Positions 15,409 through 25,123 of a stretch of 34,871 nt of DNA are shown here, piece after piece (positions within the stretch are counted from its first letter, which is position 1; each line of letters starts with the position of its first letter). The notes beneath the pieces were generated by a model. The model did no database searches. It saw nothing but the letters and a program-made list of their open reading frames with translations, and was not told the DNA's origin. Origin of the DNA: an uncultured Candidatus Saccharibacteria bacterium (GTDB taxonomy: Bacteria > Patescibacteriota > Minisyncoccia > Phycocordibacterales > CAYHGJ01); NCBI GenBank assembly GCA_964356235.1, contig CAYHGJ010000002.1:1-34871 (forward strand), read 5' to 3'. A program made the translations under genes and the position numbers.

Positions 15409-16419
15409 ATGTCAAGCAAAAACGATACCCCCAAAGAAGACTCATTTTTGGACCAGACACTACGCCCTAGCGCCTGGAAAGAGTACGTTGGCCAAGAAAA
15501 TATTAAAAAGAATTTACAGATTTTGCTTTCCGCCGCAAAGGGACGAAATCACCCGCCTGAACACTTGCTTTTCTACGGTCCGGCGGGCTTGGGCAAAACA
15601 ACGCTGGCATATCTTATAGCAAAAGAAACAGGTAGTCAAATGAAGGTAACCTCGGGCCCCGCCATTGAAAAAGTGGGTGATTTGGCATCAATTTTAACAA
15701 ATCTTTCTCCCGGCGATATTCTTTTTATAGACGAGATACATAGACTAAATAGAAATATTGAAGAAATCCTCTACCCCGCCATGGAATCCGGCGCCCTTGA
15801 TATCATCATAGGCAAAGGTCCGTCAGCCCGCACCATACAACTTGAACTCCCGCCGTTTACACTTATTGCTGCCACTACAAAAATAGCGATGCTTTCCACT
15901 CCGCTACGCTCTCGTTTTTCTGGCGGAGTTTTCAGGCTTGAGTTTTACACAGAAGATGAAATCGCCCAGATTCTTTCTCGCTCAGCAAAAATTCTTGGAG
16001 TTAATGCTGAAAAAAAAGCCATTGAGGAGATTGCCAAGAGAAGCCGTTTTACCCCGCGCACCGCAAACTATCTTTTAAAAAGGTCTAGGGATTTTACTGA
16101 GGTGCACAACAAACCTTTTGATGAAAAAGCTGTAATGGAAGCCCTGGCCCTTCTCGGAGTTGATCCGCTTGGGCTTATCCCGTCTGACATAAAACTTCTT
16201 GAAGCAATCATTCACAAATTTAACGGAGGGCCTGTCGGGCTAAACACCCTCTCTGCTTCTCTTTCAGAAGAAGAGGCAACGATAGAAGAAGTGCACGAGC
16301 CATACTTAATACAGCTTGGTTTTTTGGAGAGAACCCCGCGCGGAAGGACTGCGACAGAAAAAGCTTATGGGCATTTAAAAATAAAAATGCCGGAAAGTCT
16401 CCAAAATAAGTTAATCTAG
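15409..16419 (+). CDS. ruvB: Holliday junction DNA helicase RuvB
   Basis: LRPSAWKEYVGQE, Walker A GPAGLGKTT, Walker B LFIDEIHRL, C-terminal winged helix. Confidence 0.95.
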   Translation: MSSKNDTPKEDSFLDQTLRPSAWKEYVGQENIKKNLQILLSAAKGRNHPPEHLLFYGPAGLGKTTLAYLIAKETGSQMKVTSGPAIEKVGDLASILTNLSPGDILFIDEIHRLNRNIEEILYPAMESGALDIIIGKGPSARTIQLELPPFTLIAATTKIAMLSTPLRSRFSGGVFRLEFYTEDEIAQILSRSAKILGVNAEKKAIEEIAKRSRFTPRTANYLLKRSRDFTEVHNKPFDEKAVMEALALLGVDPLGLIPSDIKLLEAIIHKFNGGPVGLNTLSASLSEEEATIEEVHEPYLIQLGFLERTPRGRTATEKAYGHLKIKMPESLQNKLI

Positions 16420-16484
16420 TCCAGGAGAACATTCTGTTTTTGCTAATCTCATACTTAGTGTTTATAACCAATAAGCAAGCCACC

Positions 16485-17015
16485 ATGTCCGGTCATAACA
16501 AGTGGTCAAAAATAAAAAATAAAAAGGCGATTACCGATGCTAAAAAGAGCAAGATCTTTTCTAAGCTTGTAAAGCTCATACAGGTAGAGTCACGCCTCTC
16601 ACATGGCAACATGGAGTCCCTCGGACTTCGCACAGCCATACAAAAAGCCAAAGAGGCCAATATGCCAAGCGATAACATAGATAGGGCTGTCAAAAAAGGC
16701 GCCAAAGGAGAGGGGGTGGAGCTTGAAATGGCGGTCTATGAAACATACGGACCAGGGGGTGTGGCAATAATGATAGAAATCCTAACCGATAATAAAAACA
16801 GGTCCTCCGCAGAAATAAAACATATACTTTCTAAAAACGGACACGCTCTTGCGACTCCCGGTAGTTGCTCTTGGGCGTTTCACAAAGAGGGCAAAGAGTG
16901 GTTGCCACAAACCACAGTAGAAATAAGCGCTGAGGATGGAGCAAAACTTGAAGCCCTCATAGATGAGCTTGAAGAAAATGATGAGGTCCAAGAAATTTTT
17001 CATAATGGACTTTAG
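16485..17015 (+). CDS. yebC: YebC/PmpR-family protein, short form
   Basis: MSGHNKWSKIKNKKA..., YETYGPGGVAIMIEILTDNKNRS. 176 aa from ATG 16485. Confidence 0.85.
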   Translation: MSGHNKWSKIKNKKAITDAKKSKIFSKLVKLIQVESRLSHGNMESLGLRTAIQKAKEANMPSDNIDRAVKKGAKGEGVELEMAVYETYGPGGVAIMIEILTDNKNRSSAEIKHILSKNGHALATPGSCSWAFHKEGKEWLPQTTVEISAEDGAKLEALIDELEENDEVQEIFHNGL

Positions 17016-17128
17016 TTTATAAAGTTAAAAGTTTTTAAAGTTCATAAAGAAACCCGCAAGCGCAAAGTGTTCCACGTTTTTGAATTTTTCTTTTCACTTT
17101 ATAAACTTTCTAAACCTGATAAACTAAC
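17011..17128 (+). repeat. AT-rich 9-nt-periodic repeat element, full copy
   Basis: TTTAGTTTATAAAGTTAAAAGTTTTTAAAGTTCATAAAG ... CACTTTATAAACTTTCTAAACCTGATAAACTAA. Collinear with 9449-9549 and carries an extra GC-richer insert in the middle. Confidence 0.8.
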
Positions 17129-17131
17129 GCC

Positions 17132-17608
17132 ATGCGCATTCTAGGAATAGATCCGGGGTATGACAGATGTGGTCTTGCCGTTGTAGAAAAAAACAAAGGG
17201 AAAGACACTCTTCTCTTTTCTGCCTGCATACCGACAGACAGAAAACAAACTATTGCCGAAAGACTTTTTGACATAGAAAAACAAATCCAAGAGGTTATAG
17301 ACAGCCACCGCCCAGAAGCCGTAGCTTTGGAGAAATTGTTTTTCAACACAAACCAAAAAACAGCGGGGGCTGTGGGCGAAGCTCGTGGCATGATACTTTC
17401 AAAATCTGCCGAAAATTCTTTGCCAGTTTTTGAATTTACCCCTGCGCAAATAAAGGTGGCAATAACGGGATACGGCAAAAGTGACAAAAAGCAGATGATT
17501 TTTATGCTTCCCAAACTCGTCTCCATACAAAAAGAAATAAAGTATGATGACGAGTATGATGCCATAGCCGTGGCCTTGACAGCTCTTGTTTCTATTAAAA
17601 GTGTTTAG
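17132..17608 (+). CDS. ruvC: crossover junction endodeoxyribonuclease RuvC
   Basis: MRILGIDPGYDRCGLAVVE, ALEKLFF, YDAIAVAL catalytic-acid positions. Confidence 0.9.
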   Translation: MRILGIDPGYDRCGLAVVEKNKGKDTLLFSACIPTDRKQTIAERLFDIEKQIQEVIDSHRPEAVALEKLFFNTNQKTAGAVGEARGMILSKSAENSLPVFEFTPAQIKVAITGYGKSDKKQMIFMLPKLVSIQKEIKYDDEYDAIAVALTALVSIKSV

Positions 17609-17758
17609 TGGGCTATCCACACAAAACCATACAAAACACTTGCAAAATAATCCCAATTTGATAAAAATATGGCACGCTCGTTTTTGCAAATTTTAAAGGG
17701 GTATAAATAGATCCTTTTGAAACAAAAATAGGACGTTTTACAAGGTAAAATATTTAAT

Positions 17759-17962
17759 ATGAGCACATTTGAGAATGATACTCTAAAACCAATTTTCTTG
17801 GATGAGGAGGAAGAGGAAATAGGCACGGACATAGACGAGGGAGTGGATGAAAAGAAAAACAAACATTTGGGAGATGAAGAATATAATGAGAACGAGTTTG
17901 AGGATGAAGAAGATGGCGGAGTTGACCTAGACGGCGACGAAGAGGAGGAAGGGGATTTTTAA
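17759..17962 (+). CDS. small highly acidic protein, hypothetical
   Basis: 67-aa ORF, mostly D/E-rich, followed by a strong terminator. Coding status is uncertain. Confidence 0.35.
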   Translation: MSTFENDTLKPIFLDEEEEEIGTDIDEGVDEKKNKHLGDEEYNENEFEDEEDGGVDLDGDEEEEGDF

Positions 17963-17973
17963 GAAACTAAAAA

Positions 17974-18003
17974 ACACCGCCCCGACCTAAATCGGGGCGG
18001 TGT
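17974..18003. terminator. bidirectional intrinsic terminator
   Basis: ACACCGCCCCGA-cctaaa-TCGGGGCGGTGT, flanked by an A-run and a T-run, between convergent genes. Confidence 0.8.
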
Positions 18004-18025
18004 TTTTCTTTTGCTTTTTTGCGAT

Positions 18026-19438
18026 TTATTTTACTATAATTTTGAGAAATCTTTTTTTGCCAATCTTCAACTTCATATTTTCTTTTACCACAAAGTCTGG
18101 GTCATCTATTTTCCCGCAAGAGGCGTCTTCTATGGCGCCCCCTGCGATAAGTCTTCTAAAATTTGTTTTTGAGGAGACCACTTCCGCGCCCAAAAGGACT
18201 TCAACCAATTTCTCTCCAACGCTTGCCAGCGCTGCCGGCGCATTTTCTGGCATTTCTTTGTTTTTGAAAGTTTTTTCAAAAGATTGTTCGGCCTTCTCGC
18301 TTGCTTCTTTGCCATGATAAATTTCTACTATTTCTTTGGCAAGGCGCGCTTTGATATCTTTTGGATTTATCTTGCCCCCAACCAGCTCTTTTTCTATTTT
18401 TGAGATATCATGGAGAGAAGTATACGTTGCCAATCTAAAATAATTGGTGATAGCTTGGTCTGGGATGGACATAACCTTGCCAAACATTTCTTCCGGGCTC
18501 TCTGTAATGGCGATGTAGTTGTCCAAACTTTTGCTCATTTTTTCTTTGCCGTCTGTGCCTTCCAAAATCTCCATAGTCATCACGGACTGTGGCTCTTGCC
18601 CATTTACCTTCATCACTTCGCGACCCATAAGCATATTAAAATGCTGGTCTGTCCCCCCTATTTCTAGGTCACAGCTCCCATAGATAAGAGCAATAAGAAG
18701 AGAATCTATCCCCTGCAAAACAGGGTACAGCATTTCATGCATATAAAGCTCGTTTCCCTTTTTTATCCTCTTTTGAAACATATCCCGAGCAACAAGAGCA
18801 GAGTGAGTGATACGCCTGAGCGTCGCCAAAAGGCCCCTTAGAGTAACTGAGCTCACAGATGCCTTCCCCAGATGAGTCTTTTGCATTCTGGTATTTTCAT
18901 AGTAAATGGTCTTGCCAAGAAGTGAGTCCGGGTTTATAGAAATTGTATTTTTCTCTCCTGTTTGCGCAACCATTTCAATGTTTATTTTCTCAACATTTGG
19001 TGGGGCAACAAGATCTGCGGGAGAGTAGAACCAGTCAGAGTTTCTTATCCAAGAAAAATGCTCTGGGTCAGTTTTTAAAATTTTACCAACTTGGTCAATA
19101 TATGTCCGAGCATTTTCTTCAACTGTCTTTTGATCAATTTCTGGCCTAACCTTGCTTTTGCCTTCTGGGTCTCCTATTTGAGCTGTAAAATCTCCCACAA
19201 TAAACACCACTTTGCATCCTAGGTCTTGAAATTGGCGAAGTTTTCGAAGCACCACAGCAAAGCCCAGGTGAATATCTGGTCTTGTGGGGTCTATGCCAAG
19301 CTTAACAATAATGTCCTTGTCGTATTCTCCCTTGGCCTTTTTTTCTAATTTTTTGGCAAAAGAGCCGTCTGGGTCCACAAAAGCACTTACCGCTCTTTCT
19401 AAAACCTCTTTTGTCTGTTCTTCCTTGGTATTTGTCAT
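18026..19438 (-). CDS. tyrS: tyrosine--tRNA ligase
   Basis: Class I motifs PDIHLGF (HIGH-like) and KMSKS, GDFTAQIGDP, S4-like C-terminus. Confidence 0.8.
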   Translation of the reverse strand: MTNTKEEQTKEVLERAVSAFVDPDGSFAKKLEKKAKGEYDKDIIVKLGIDPTRPDIHLGFAVVLRKLRQFQDLGCKVVFIVGDFTAQIGDPEGKSKVRPEIDQKTVEENARTYIDQVGKILKTDPEHFSWIRNSDWFYSPADLVAPPNVEKINIEMVAQTGEKNTISINPDSLLGKTIYYENTRMQKTHLGKASVSSVTLRGLLATLRRITHSALVARDMFQKRIKKGNELYMHEMLYPVLQGIDSLLIALIYGSCDLEIGGTDQHFNMLMGREVMKVNGQEPQSVMTMEILEGTDGKEKMSKSLDNYIAITESPEEMFGKVMSIPDQAITNYFRLATYTSLHDISKIEKELVGGKINPKDIKARLAKEIVEIYHGKEASEKAEQSFEKTFKNKEMPENAPAALASVGEKLVEVLLGAEVVSSKTNFRRLIAGGAIEDASCGKIDDPDFVVKENMKLKIGKKRFLKIIVK

Positions 19439-19517
19439 AAAACTAATTTACCACATTTGATAACTTTTGTCTTTTTGTTAATATCAAATTTTCTTTGGTG
19501 CTATAATTTAATGTGAC

Positions 19518-21668
19518 ATGAAAAAACACGGATTGATAAATAAAAAAACGACACTGGCCTTTATATCTTTGACTATTTTTTTCCTAGGGGCTCTTTTGAT
19601 GTGGCTTGCCACCCTTCCCATACCAGACCTTGACTCGTTTGAAGAAAGAAAGGTCTCTCAATCCACAAAGATATACGACAGGACTGGTAAAGTCTTGCTA
19701 TATGATGTTAGCCAAAATATAAGACGCACCATAGTACCTATTGACGAGATATCAAGATACGCAAAAAATGCCACTGTGGCCATAGAGGATAGTGAATTTT
19801 ATGAGCATAACGGCATAAAACCAAAAGCAATCCTGCGCGCTGTACTTGTCAATATGTTTTCGTTTGGTTTCAACCAGGGGGGCTCCACCATCACACAACA
19901 AGTGGTCAAAAACTCTCTCCTTGTTCAAGATAAGCTCATATCTAGAAAACTAAAAGAGTGGGTTTTGGCTATAAAAATAGAAAAGGTTTTAAGCAAGGAG
20001 CGCATTTTGGAAATTTACCTAAACGATGCTCCCTACGGTGGAAGTATTTATGGAATACAAGAAGCCTCTCTGGCCTTCTTTGGAAAAACAAGTCGTGACC
20101 TAACCCTTGCCGAGGCGGCCTATCTTGCGGCTCTCCCCCAAGCCCCTTCTTATTATTCTCCGTATGGAAAAAATAAAAATAAGCTTGATCAAAGAAAAGA
20201 TTTGGTGCTCTCAAAAATGTTAGAGAATGATTTTATAGAAAAGGGTGAGTATGAGCAGGCCAAGAAAGAAGTCATTTCCTTTTTGCCAAGACCGGAAGAG
20301 AACATACGAGCCCCACATTTTGTATTTTTTATTATTGATTATTTAAAACAAAAATATGGGGAGAGGGTTGTGGAGGAACAAGGGCTCAAGGTAACAACCA
20401 CGCTTGATTATGAAATGCAGAGAAAGGCGGAGGAGATTGTAAAAAAACACGCCTTAGAAAATAGCCAAAAGTTTAACGCGGAAAACGCATCACTTATTGC
20501 CATAGACCCAAAAACTGGGGACATCCTTGTTATGGTTGGTTCCCGTGATTATTTTGATAAAGAAATAGATGGCAACTTCAATGTGTCCATCGCGCATCGC
20601 CAGCCAGGCTCTGCATTCAAGCCTTTTGTTTATGCTGCATCTTTTCTTAAAGGATACACCCCGAAAACTATCGTTTTTGACCTGCCAACAGAATTTTCTA
20701 CTTCGTGCAGTTCTGATAGCCGTCCCCTTTTTGAAGGAGCTGTTTGTTACAACCCCACAAACTATGATGAGAAGTTTCGTGGCCCAATAATGCTCGAGGA
20801 AGCCTTGTCACAATCTATAAACATACCCTCTGTAAAACTTCTCTATCTTGTTGGTATAGACAAAGCTCTCGCGCTTGCAGAAAAAATGGGCATAGATTCC
20901 CTTGGCGATAAAAACCAGTACGGTCTGACTTTGGTGCTTGGAGGTGGAGAAGTCTCTCTCCTTGACATGACGAGCGCTTATGGAGTTTTTGCAAACGAGG
21001 GTATTCGCGCCCCCAAAAGGAGTGTATTAAAAATAGAGGACTCAACAGGAAAAATGCTCGAAGAGGAAGAAGCAAAAAGTGGTGAGGTTTTAGACAGACA
21101 AGCTGCTTTACAAATAAGCAAAATACTTTCAAGTGAGGCATTGCGCGCTCCAGCTTTTGGTTTTGGATCATACCTAAACATCCCTGCGCGCTTCGTAGCG
21201 GTCAAAACGGGTACCACAAACGATTATAAAGATGCGTGGATACTTGGATATACCCCATCCGTTGCCGTGGGTGCTTGGGCAGGCAACAACGACAACACAC
21301 CAATGGAGAAAAAGGTTGCTGGTTTTATTGTGGCGCCACTTTGGAACGAGTTCATGCAAGAGGTTTTGCAAAAATATCCAAATGAAAGTTTTAATGAGCC
21401 AGACTCGGAAATAAGTAGCAATTTAAAGCCAATCCTCCGTGGTGTTTGGCAAGGAGGAATTCTCTCCACAATAGATACTCGTACAGGACTCCCGTCAAAT
21501 GAAAGCACTCCGCCGGAATACAGAAAGGAAGTTTACTCAAATGAGGTTCATTCTATTTTGCACTGGGTAGATAAAAACAACCCAAGGGGACCATCCCCCA
21601 CAAACCCACAAAATGACCCCCAGTATAGATTGTGGGAACCCTCTGTACAAAAATGGCTAGCCAGATAA
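19518..21668 (+). CDS. class A penicillin-binding protein (glycosyltransferase plus transpeptidase)
   Basis: GT51 motifs EDSEFYEHNGI, GGSTITQQ, RKLKEW. Transpeptidase motifs SAFKP, SQSIN (SxN) and KTGTT. Confidence 0.9.
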   Translation: MKKHGLINKKTTLAFISLTIFFLGALLMWLATLPIPDLDSFEERKVSQSTKIYDRTGKVLLYDVSQNIRRTIVPIDEISRYAKNATVAIEDSEFYEHNGIKPKAILRAVLVNMFSFGFNQGGSTITQQVVKNSLLVQDKLISRKLKEWVLAIKIEKVLSKERILEIYLNDAPYGGSIYGIQEASLAFFGKTSRDLTLAEAAYLAALPQAPSYYSPYGKNKNKLDQRKDLVLSKMLENDFIEKGEYEQAKKEVISFLPRPEENIRAPHFVFFIIDYLKQKYGERVVEEQGLKVTTTLDYEMQRKAEEIVKKHALENSQKFNAENASLIAIDPKTGDILVMVGSRDYFDKEIDGNFNVSIAHRQPGSAFKPFVYAASFLKGYTPKTIVFDLPTEFSTSCSSDSRPLFEGAVCYNPTNYDEKFRGPIMLEEALSQSINIPSVKLLYLVGIDKALALAEKMGIDSLGDKNQYGLTLVLGGGEVSLLDMTSAYGVFANEGIRAPKRSVLKIEDSTGKMLEEEEAKSGEVLDRQAALQISKILSSEALRAPAFGFGSYLNIPARFVAVKTGTTNDYKDAWILGYTPSVAVGAWAGNNDNTPMEKKVAGFIVAPLWNEFMQEVLQKYPNESFNEPDSEISSNLKPILRGVWQGGILSTIDTRTGLPSNESTPPEYRKEVYSNEVHSILHWVDKNNPRGPSPTNPQNDPQYRLWEPSVQKWLAR

Positions 21669-21708
21669 AAAGGGCCGCTGGCATGCTGTTTGTAAGCTTG
21701 TCTTTATA

Positions 21709-21966
21709 CTAAATAATATCTCTTGGTGTTTTGTTGGAAACTAGAAGACGAGTCTCGTTTAATATTTCTTCTTTTTTTATAAGAATTTTTATTTTTGTGC
21801 TTTGATTTGTTTGTATTCTTGCGACCACTCCATTTATTTTTATATTCTTTACTTCGATTTTTATCCCAGTAACCTTTTCTATAACAGAAGACAAAACATC
21901 TTTTGTTTTTTGATCTTTGTTTTGAAAATTTCTAAACCTCTCTATAAGCTCTGATATCTTTTGCAT
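21709..21966 (-). CDS. DUF721/DciA-like small protein (tentative)
   Basis: 85 aa directly downstream of dnaN. The pattern ...VIEKVTGIKIEVKNIKINGVVARIQTNQSTKIKILIKKEEIL resembles DUF721. Confidence 0.45.
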   Translation of the reverse strand: MQKISELIERFRNFQNKDQKTKDVLSSVIEKVTGIKIEVKNIKINGVVARIQTNQSTKIKILIKKEEILNETRLLVSNKTPRDII

Positions 21967-22013
21967 TTTTTTCCTCTCCCCAGTTTCTAACTACTAACTT
22001 ATAACTAATATTA

Positions 22014-23117
22014 TTATCTATTCATCGGCATCACAAGGTATGAGAAAGATTCGTCTGATACCCCCTTTATGACCATTGGTTTCCCGCTATCATTTAGTCC
22101 CAAAGAGACGCTGTCGGCCTCTATTGATTGGAATGAATCTAATATGTATCTATAATTAAATTTTATTTCTATTTGCTCCCCACTTAATGCTCCGTCTATT
22201 TCTGTTTTGTTTTCCCCAACATCCGCGTTTGTTGTTTCTACGGAGAATTTTTTAGATTTGGGGTCTGCTTTAAATGTTATCTGATTAAATTTGTCAGAAA
22301 AAACGGTTGCCACCTTCATGGCATTTAAGAAATCCTGTTTTAACAATATAACCTCTGTTTTAAATCCTTTTGGAAAAAGTTGTTTGTAGTCTGGAAAGGT
22401 GCCGTCAATTACTCTTGATGTTATATAGTTTCCATTAAAACTAAAAGATATTTGGTTTTTATTCAAAGAAAAGTCCACCTCCTCGTTACTATTTTCAAGG
22501 TTTCTTATTATTTCTGGGATGTTTTTAATCGGTAGTAAAAGCTGGCGAAACTCTGTTTTTGTGTTTTTATTTTGAACTCTTTTCTCTGCTAGTCTAAAAG
22601 AGTCTGTGGCGACAAAGTATATAAAACCGTCTTTGCTTTCAAGCATAACGCTTGAAAGTTCCGGTTTTATGTTCGAATTTGATGCGCTAAAATAAACAGA
22701 TTTTAGACCCTTTACTAAAAGCTTTGGGTCTATCTTAAAGGCCACACCATCCTCTATTTTTGGAATATTTGGAAAATCTTCATGGTTTATGCTTTTTATA
22801 AGCGTTGCGTTTTTAGGAGTGGAAACTTTTAGGTTGCCGTCTTTTGTTTCAAGGGTTATGTTTTTATCAGAGATGATATTTTGAATAAAATTGTTCAAAA
22901 CCACTGCCGGAACACAAATAATCCCCGTTTTTTCTGTTTTTGCCGGTATTTTTATCTCTATACCAACATCGAGGTTTGTGGCCCTAATAACAAGCTCGTT
23001 ATTTTTTGCCTCTAAAAAAAGACAATTCAAAACGGGCAGGCTCATATTTCTCCCAGCAACTTTTTCTGCCCGAAACACAGCATCATTTAATTTTTCCTTT
23101 AAAACCTCTGTTTTCAT
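22014..23117 (-). CDS. dnaN: DNA polymerase III beta sliding clamp
   Basis: 367 aa with three-domain clamp architecture, C-terminal YLVMPMN, located downstream of dnaA. Confidence 0.95.
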   Translation of the reverse strand: MKTEVLKEKLNDAVFRAEKVAGRNMSLPVLNCLFLEAKNNELVIRATNLDVGIEIKIPAKTEKTGIICVPAVVLNNFIQNIISDKNITLETKDGNLKVSTPKNATLIKSINHEDFPNIPKIEDGVAFKIDPKLLVKGLKSVYFSASNSNIKPELSSVMLESKDGFIYFVATDSFRLAEKRVQNKNTKTEFRQLLLPIKNIPEIIRNLENSNEEVDFSLNKNQISFSFNGNYITSRVIDGTFPDYKQLFPKGFKTEVILLKQDFLNAMKVATVFSDKFNQITFKADPKSKKFSVETTNADVGENKTEIDGALSGEQIEIKFNYRYILDSFQSIEADSVSLGLNDSGKPMVIKGVSDESFSYLVMPMNR

Positions 23118-23384
23118 AATTAATTATTTTTTATATAAAGAAGATTATTATTTTTATTATAAGTGTGGATATGTTAGTTTCTTTATTTTACGCTTTGTTA
23201 TATGAATAATTTTGTGCTACCAAAAAAGAATTACTCGCTTAAAACTACCTACCAATACCTCCACTATTTTTAGTAATCATTTTTTTATTTTAAAAACACA
23301 AACTTTTCCACAAACAACTAATAATTTTTACAAAACTTATACACAAACACATACAGACTTTTCCACACAAAGCCAAACAGAAAA
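23118..23384. promoter_or_regulatory. candidate oriC (DnaA-box cluster plus AT-rich unwinding tract)
   Basis: 8-of-9 DnaA boxes TGTGGATAT (23164-23172), TTTTCCACA (23304-23312 and 23359-23367) and TTATACACA (23337-23345). Almost pure A/T tract at 23118-23160. Confidence 0.6.
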
Positions 23385-24728
23385 TCAAATCATCGTCCTA
23401 ATCTGGTTTATCTCATCAATAAGAGTGCCATCAATTTTTAAATCATTCTTAACCTTTTCATACGAATGAATCACGGTTGTGTGGTCTCTTCCCCCAAGTT
23501 TCTGTCCTATTGTTGGATATGGAATATTAAAATCTTCTCTCAATATATACATAATAAGCTGTCTTGGCTTCACCACCTCTTTTTTTCTCGTTTTTTTGTA
23601 TATAGAATCCTCCTCAATATTGTAAAAACCAGCAACAGCCCTAACAATGTCTTTTATAGGGACTGTTTTTTTAGGTCGTATATTATTTTTTATTAAATTT
23701 TTTATCTCCGGAAGGCTTGGAACTTTTTCTTTTAGCCTTGCTTGGCAGACAATCATATTTAGAGTGCCTTCAAGCTCCCTTATGTTTCCTTCTATGGAAA
23801 GAGATAAATATTGAAGAGCCTCTTCGGGTATTTCTATGTCGTTTTGAGTTGCTTTGGCCTTTAATATAGCCATTCTAGACTCGTGGTCAGGAGAAGGAAT
23901 GTCTATCAACATGCCGGCGCTGAAACGAGACTTTAAACGCTCTTCAAGGCCCGGAATGTAGTTTACATGCTTGTCTGATGAGAAAATTATTTGCTTGTTA
24001 TTATCATACATGGTGTTGAAGAGATGAAAGAGCTCTTCTTGGGTCTTTTCTTTGTTTGAGAAAAATTGAACATCATCCATAATCAAAACATCATATTTTC
24101 TGTATCTTTCTTTGAAATCATTTGTATTGTGGTTGGCAAGAGAGTTCATATAGTCAAGGGCAAATCTTTCAGAAGTAACATAAAAAATCTTTTTTGACGG
24201 GTCGTTTGTTTTTATTTGATTTCCTACCGCTTGTATGAGATGTGTTTTGCCGTGACCTGTTTTTCCATAAATGAAAAGAGGGTTATAGGCGATGCCCGGT
24301 TTTTTGACAACCGCCTGAGCGGCGGCGTAAGCCATGTCATTGAAAGAGCCGACAACAAAATTTTCAAAAACATAACGAGGGTTTAGGTTATCATCTTTGT
24401 TTATATAATAATCTGCCAAAGGAAGCTCATCTGTTGTTCTGCTGTATGCAGACTCGCTGGGGTCTTTCTTGTAAGGGTTGTTTTTTGAGATAATGTATTC
24501 AAGCCCGCGCACCCCCTCAGACCCCCTGCGGAGTGTTTTCAATATAAACTGGTGGTATTTTTTGGTTAACCAATCTTTTACAAACTGATTTGGGACACCA
24601 ACATAAACAACGTTTTCTTCTTGTTTGAAGATAAAAGTATCTTTAAACCAAGTGTTAAAATTTGCCTTAGAAACCTCGATCTCTATTTCAGAAAGAGAGC
24701 TTTCCCAAAGTTGTCTGTTGTCTACCAT
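23385..24728 (-). CDS. dnaA: chromosomal replication initiator DnaA
   Basis: Walker A GKTGHGKTHL, DDVQFF, domain IV GGRDHTTVIHSYEKV. TGA stop at the canonical end. Confidence 0.95.
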   Translation of the reverse strand: MVDNRQLWESSLSEIEIEVSKANFNTWFKDTFIFKQEENVVYVGVPNQFVKDWLTKKYHQFILKTLRRGSEGVRGLEYIISKNNPYKKDPSESAYSRTTDELPLADYYINKDDNLNPRYVFENFVVGSFNDMAYAAAQAVVKKPGIAYNPLFIYGKTGHGKTHLIQAVGNQIKTNDPSKKIFYVTSERFALDYMNSLANHNTNDFKERYRKYDVLIMDDVQFFSNKEKTQEELFHLFNTMYDNNKQIIFSSDKHVNYIPGLEERLKSRFSAGMLIDIPSPDHESRMAILKAKATQNDIEIPEEALQYLSLSIEGNIRELEGTLNMIVCQARLKEKVPSLPEIKNLIKNNIRPKKTVPIKDIVRAVAGFYNIEEDSIYKKTRKKEVVKPRQLIMYILREDFNIPYPTIGQKLGGRDHTTVIHSYEKVKNDLKIDGTLIDEINQIRTMI

Positions 24729-24923
24729 TTTGTTTTAAAAGATTAAAAAGATTAAAGAGTCGGTGCCCATATTATATCCTTAAAGAAAAGAAGCGAAACT
24801 TGTTAAACCCCGTCAAATATGTTAATAATGTGTGCATAAGTTAGCAAATTTCACGCTTGACATTCTATTTCCGCTTTATACGCTTATACAATTTATAAAA
24901 ACAATAGACTTAATAAATAATCT

Positions 24924-25058
24924 ATGTCATTTACTTACAAAGGAAAGGTTAGAAAAAAGAAAAGAAGCCACGGATTCTTGGCAAGGAAGAGTACTCCGGG
25001 GGGCAAAAAGGTTGTAAAAAGACGCCGAGCAAGAGGAAGAAAGAAATTAACCTCATAA
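24924..25058 (+). CDS. rpmH: 50S ribosomal protein L34
   Basis: 44-aa ORF absent from the supplied track: MSFTYKGKVRKKKRSHGFLARKSTPGGKKVVKRRRARGRKKLTS. It has the classic L34 pattern and the classic position beside rnpA and dnaA. Confidence 0.9.
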   Translation: MSFTYKGKVRKKKRSHGFLARKSTPGGKKVVKRRRARGRKKLTS

Positions 25059-25064
25059 TGGAAA

Positions 25065-25099
25065 AACACCCCGCCAAAGCAGTGCTTTGGCGGGGTGTT
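25065..25099 (+). terminator. strong hairpin after rpmH
   Basis: AACACCCCGCCAAAGC-agt-GCTTTGGCGGGGTGTT. The T-run is weak, so it may be an attenuator or processing site. Confidence 0.55.
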
Positions 25100-25123
25100 C
25101 ACTAACACATAGCACCAAACAAC

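Noticed and set aside
24729-24923. dnaA-rpmH spacer as oriC
   Set aside because: I found no 8-of-9 DnaA boxes here. It contains short direct repeats (AAGATTAAA twice) and a TTGACA that probably belongs to the rpmH promoter.
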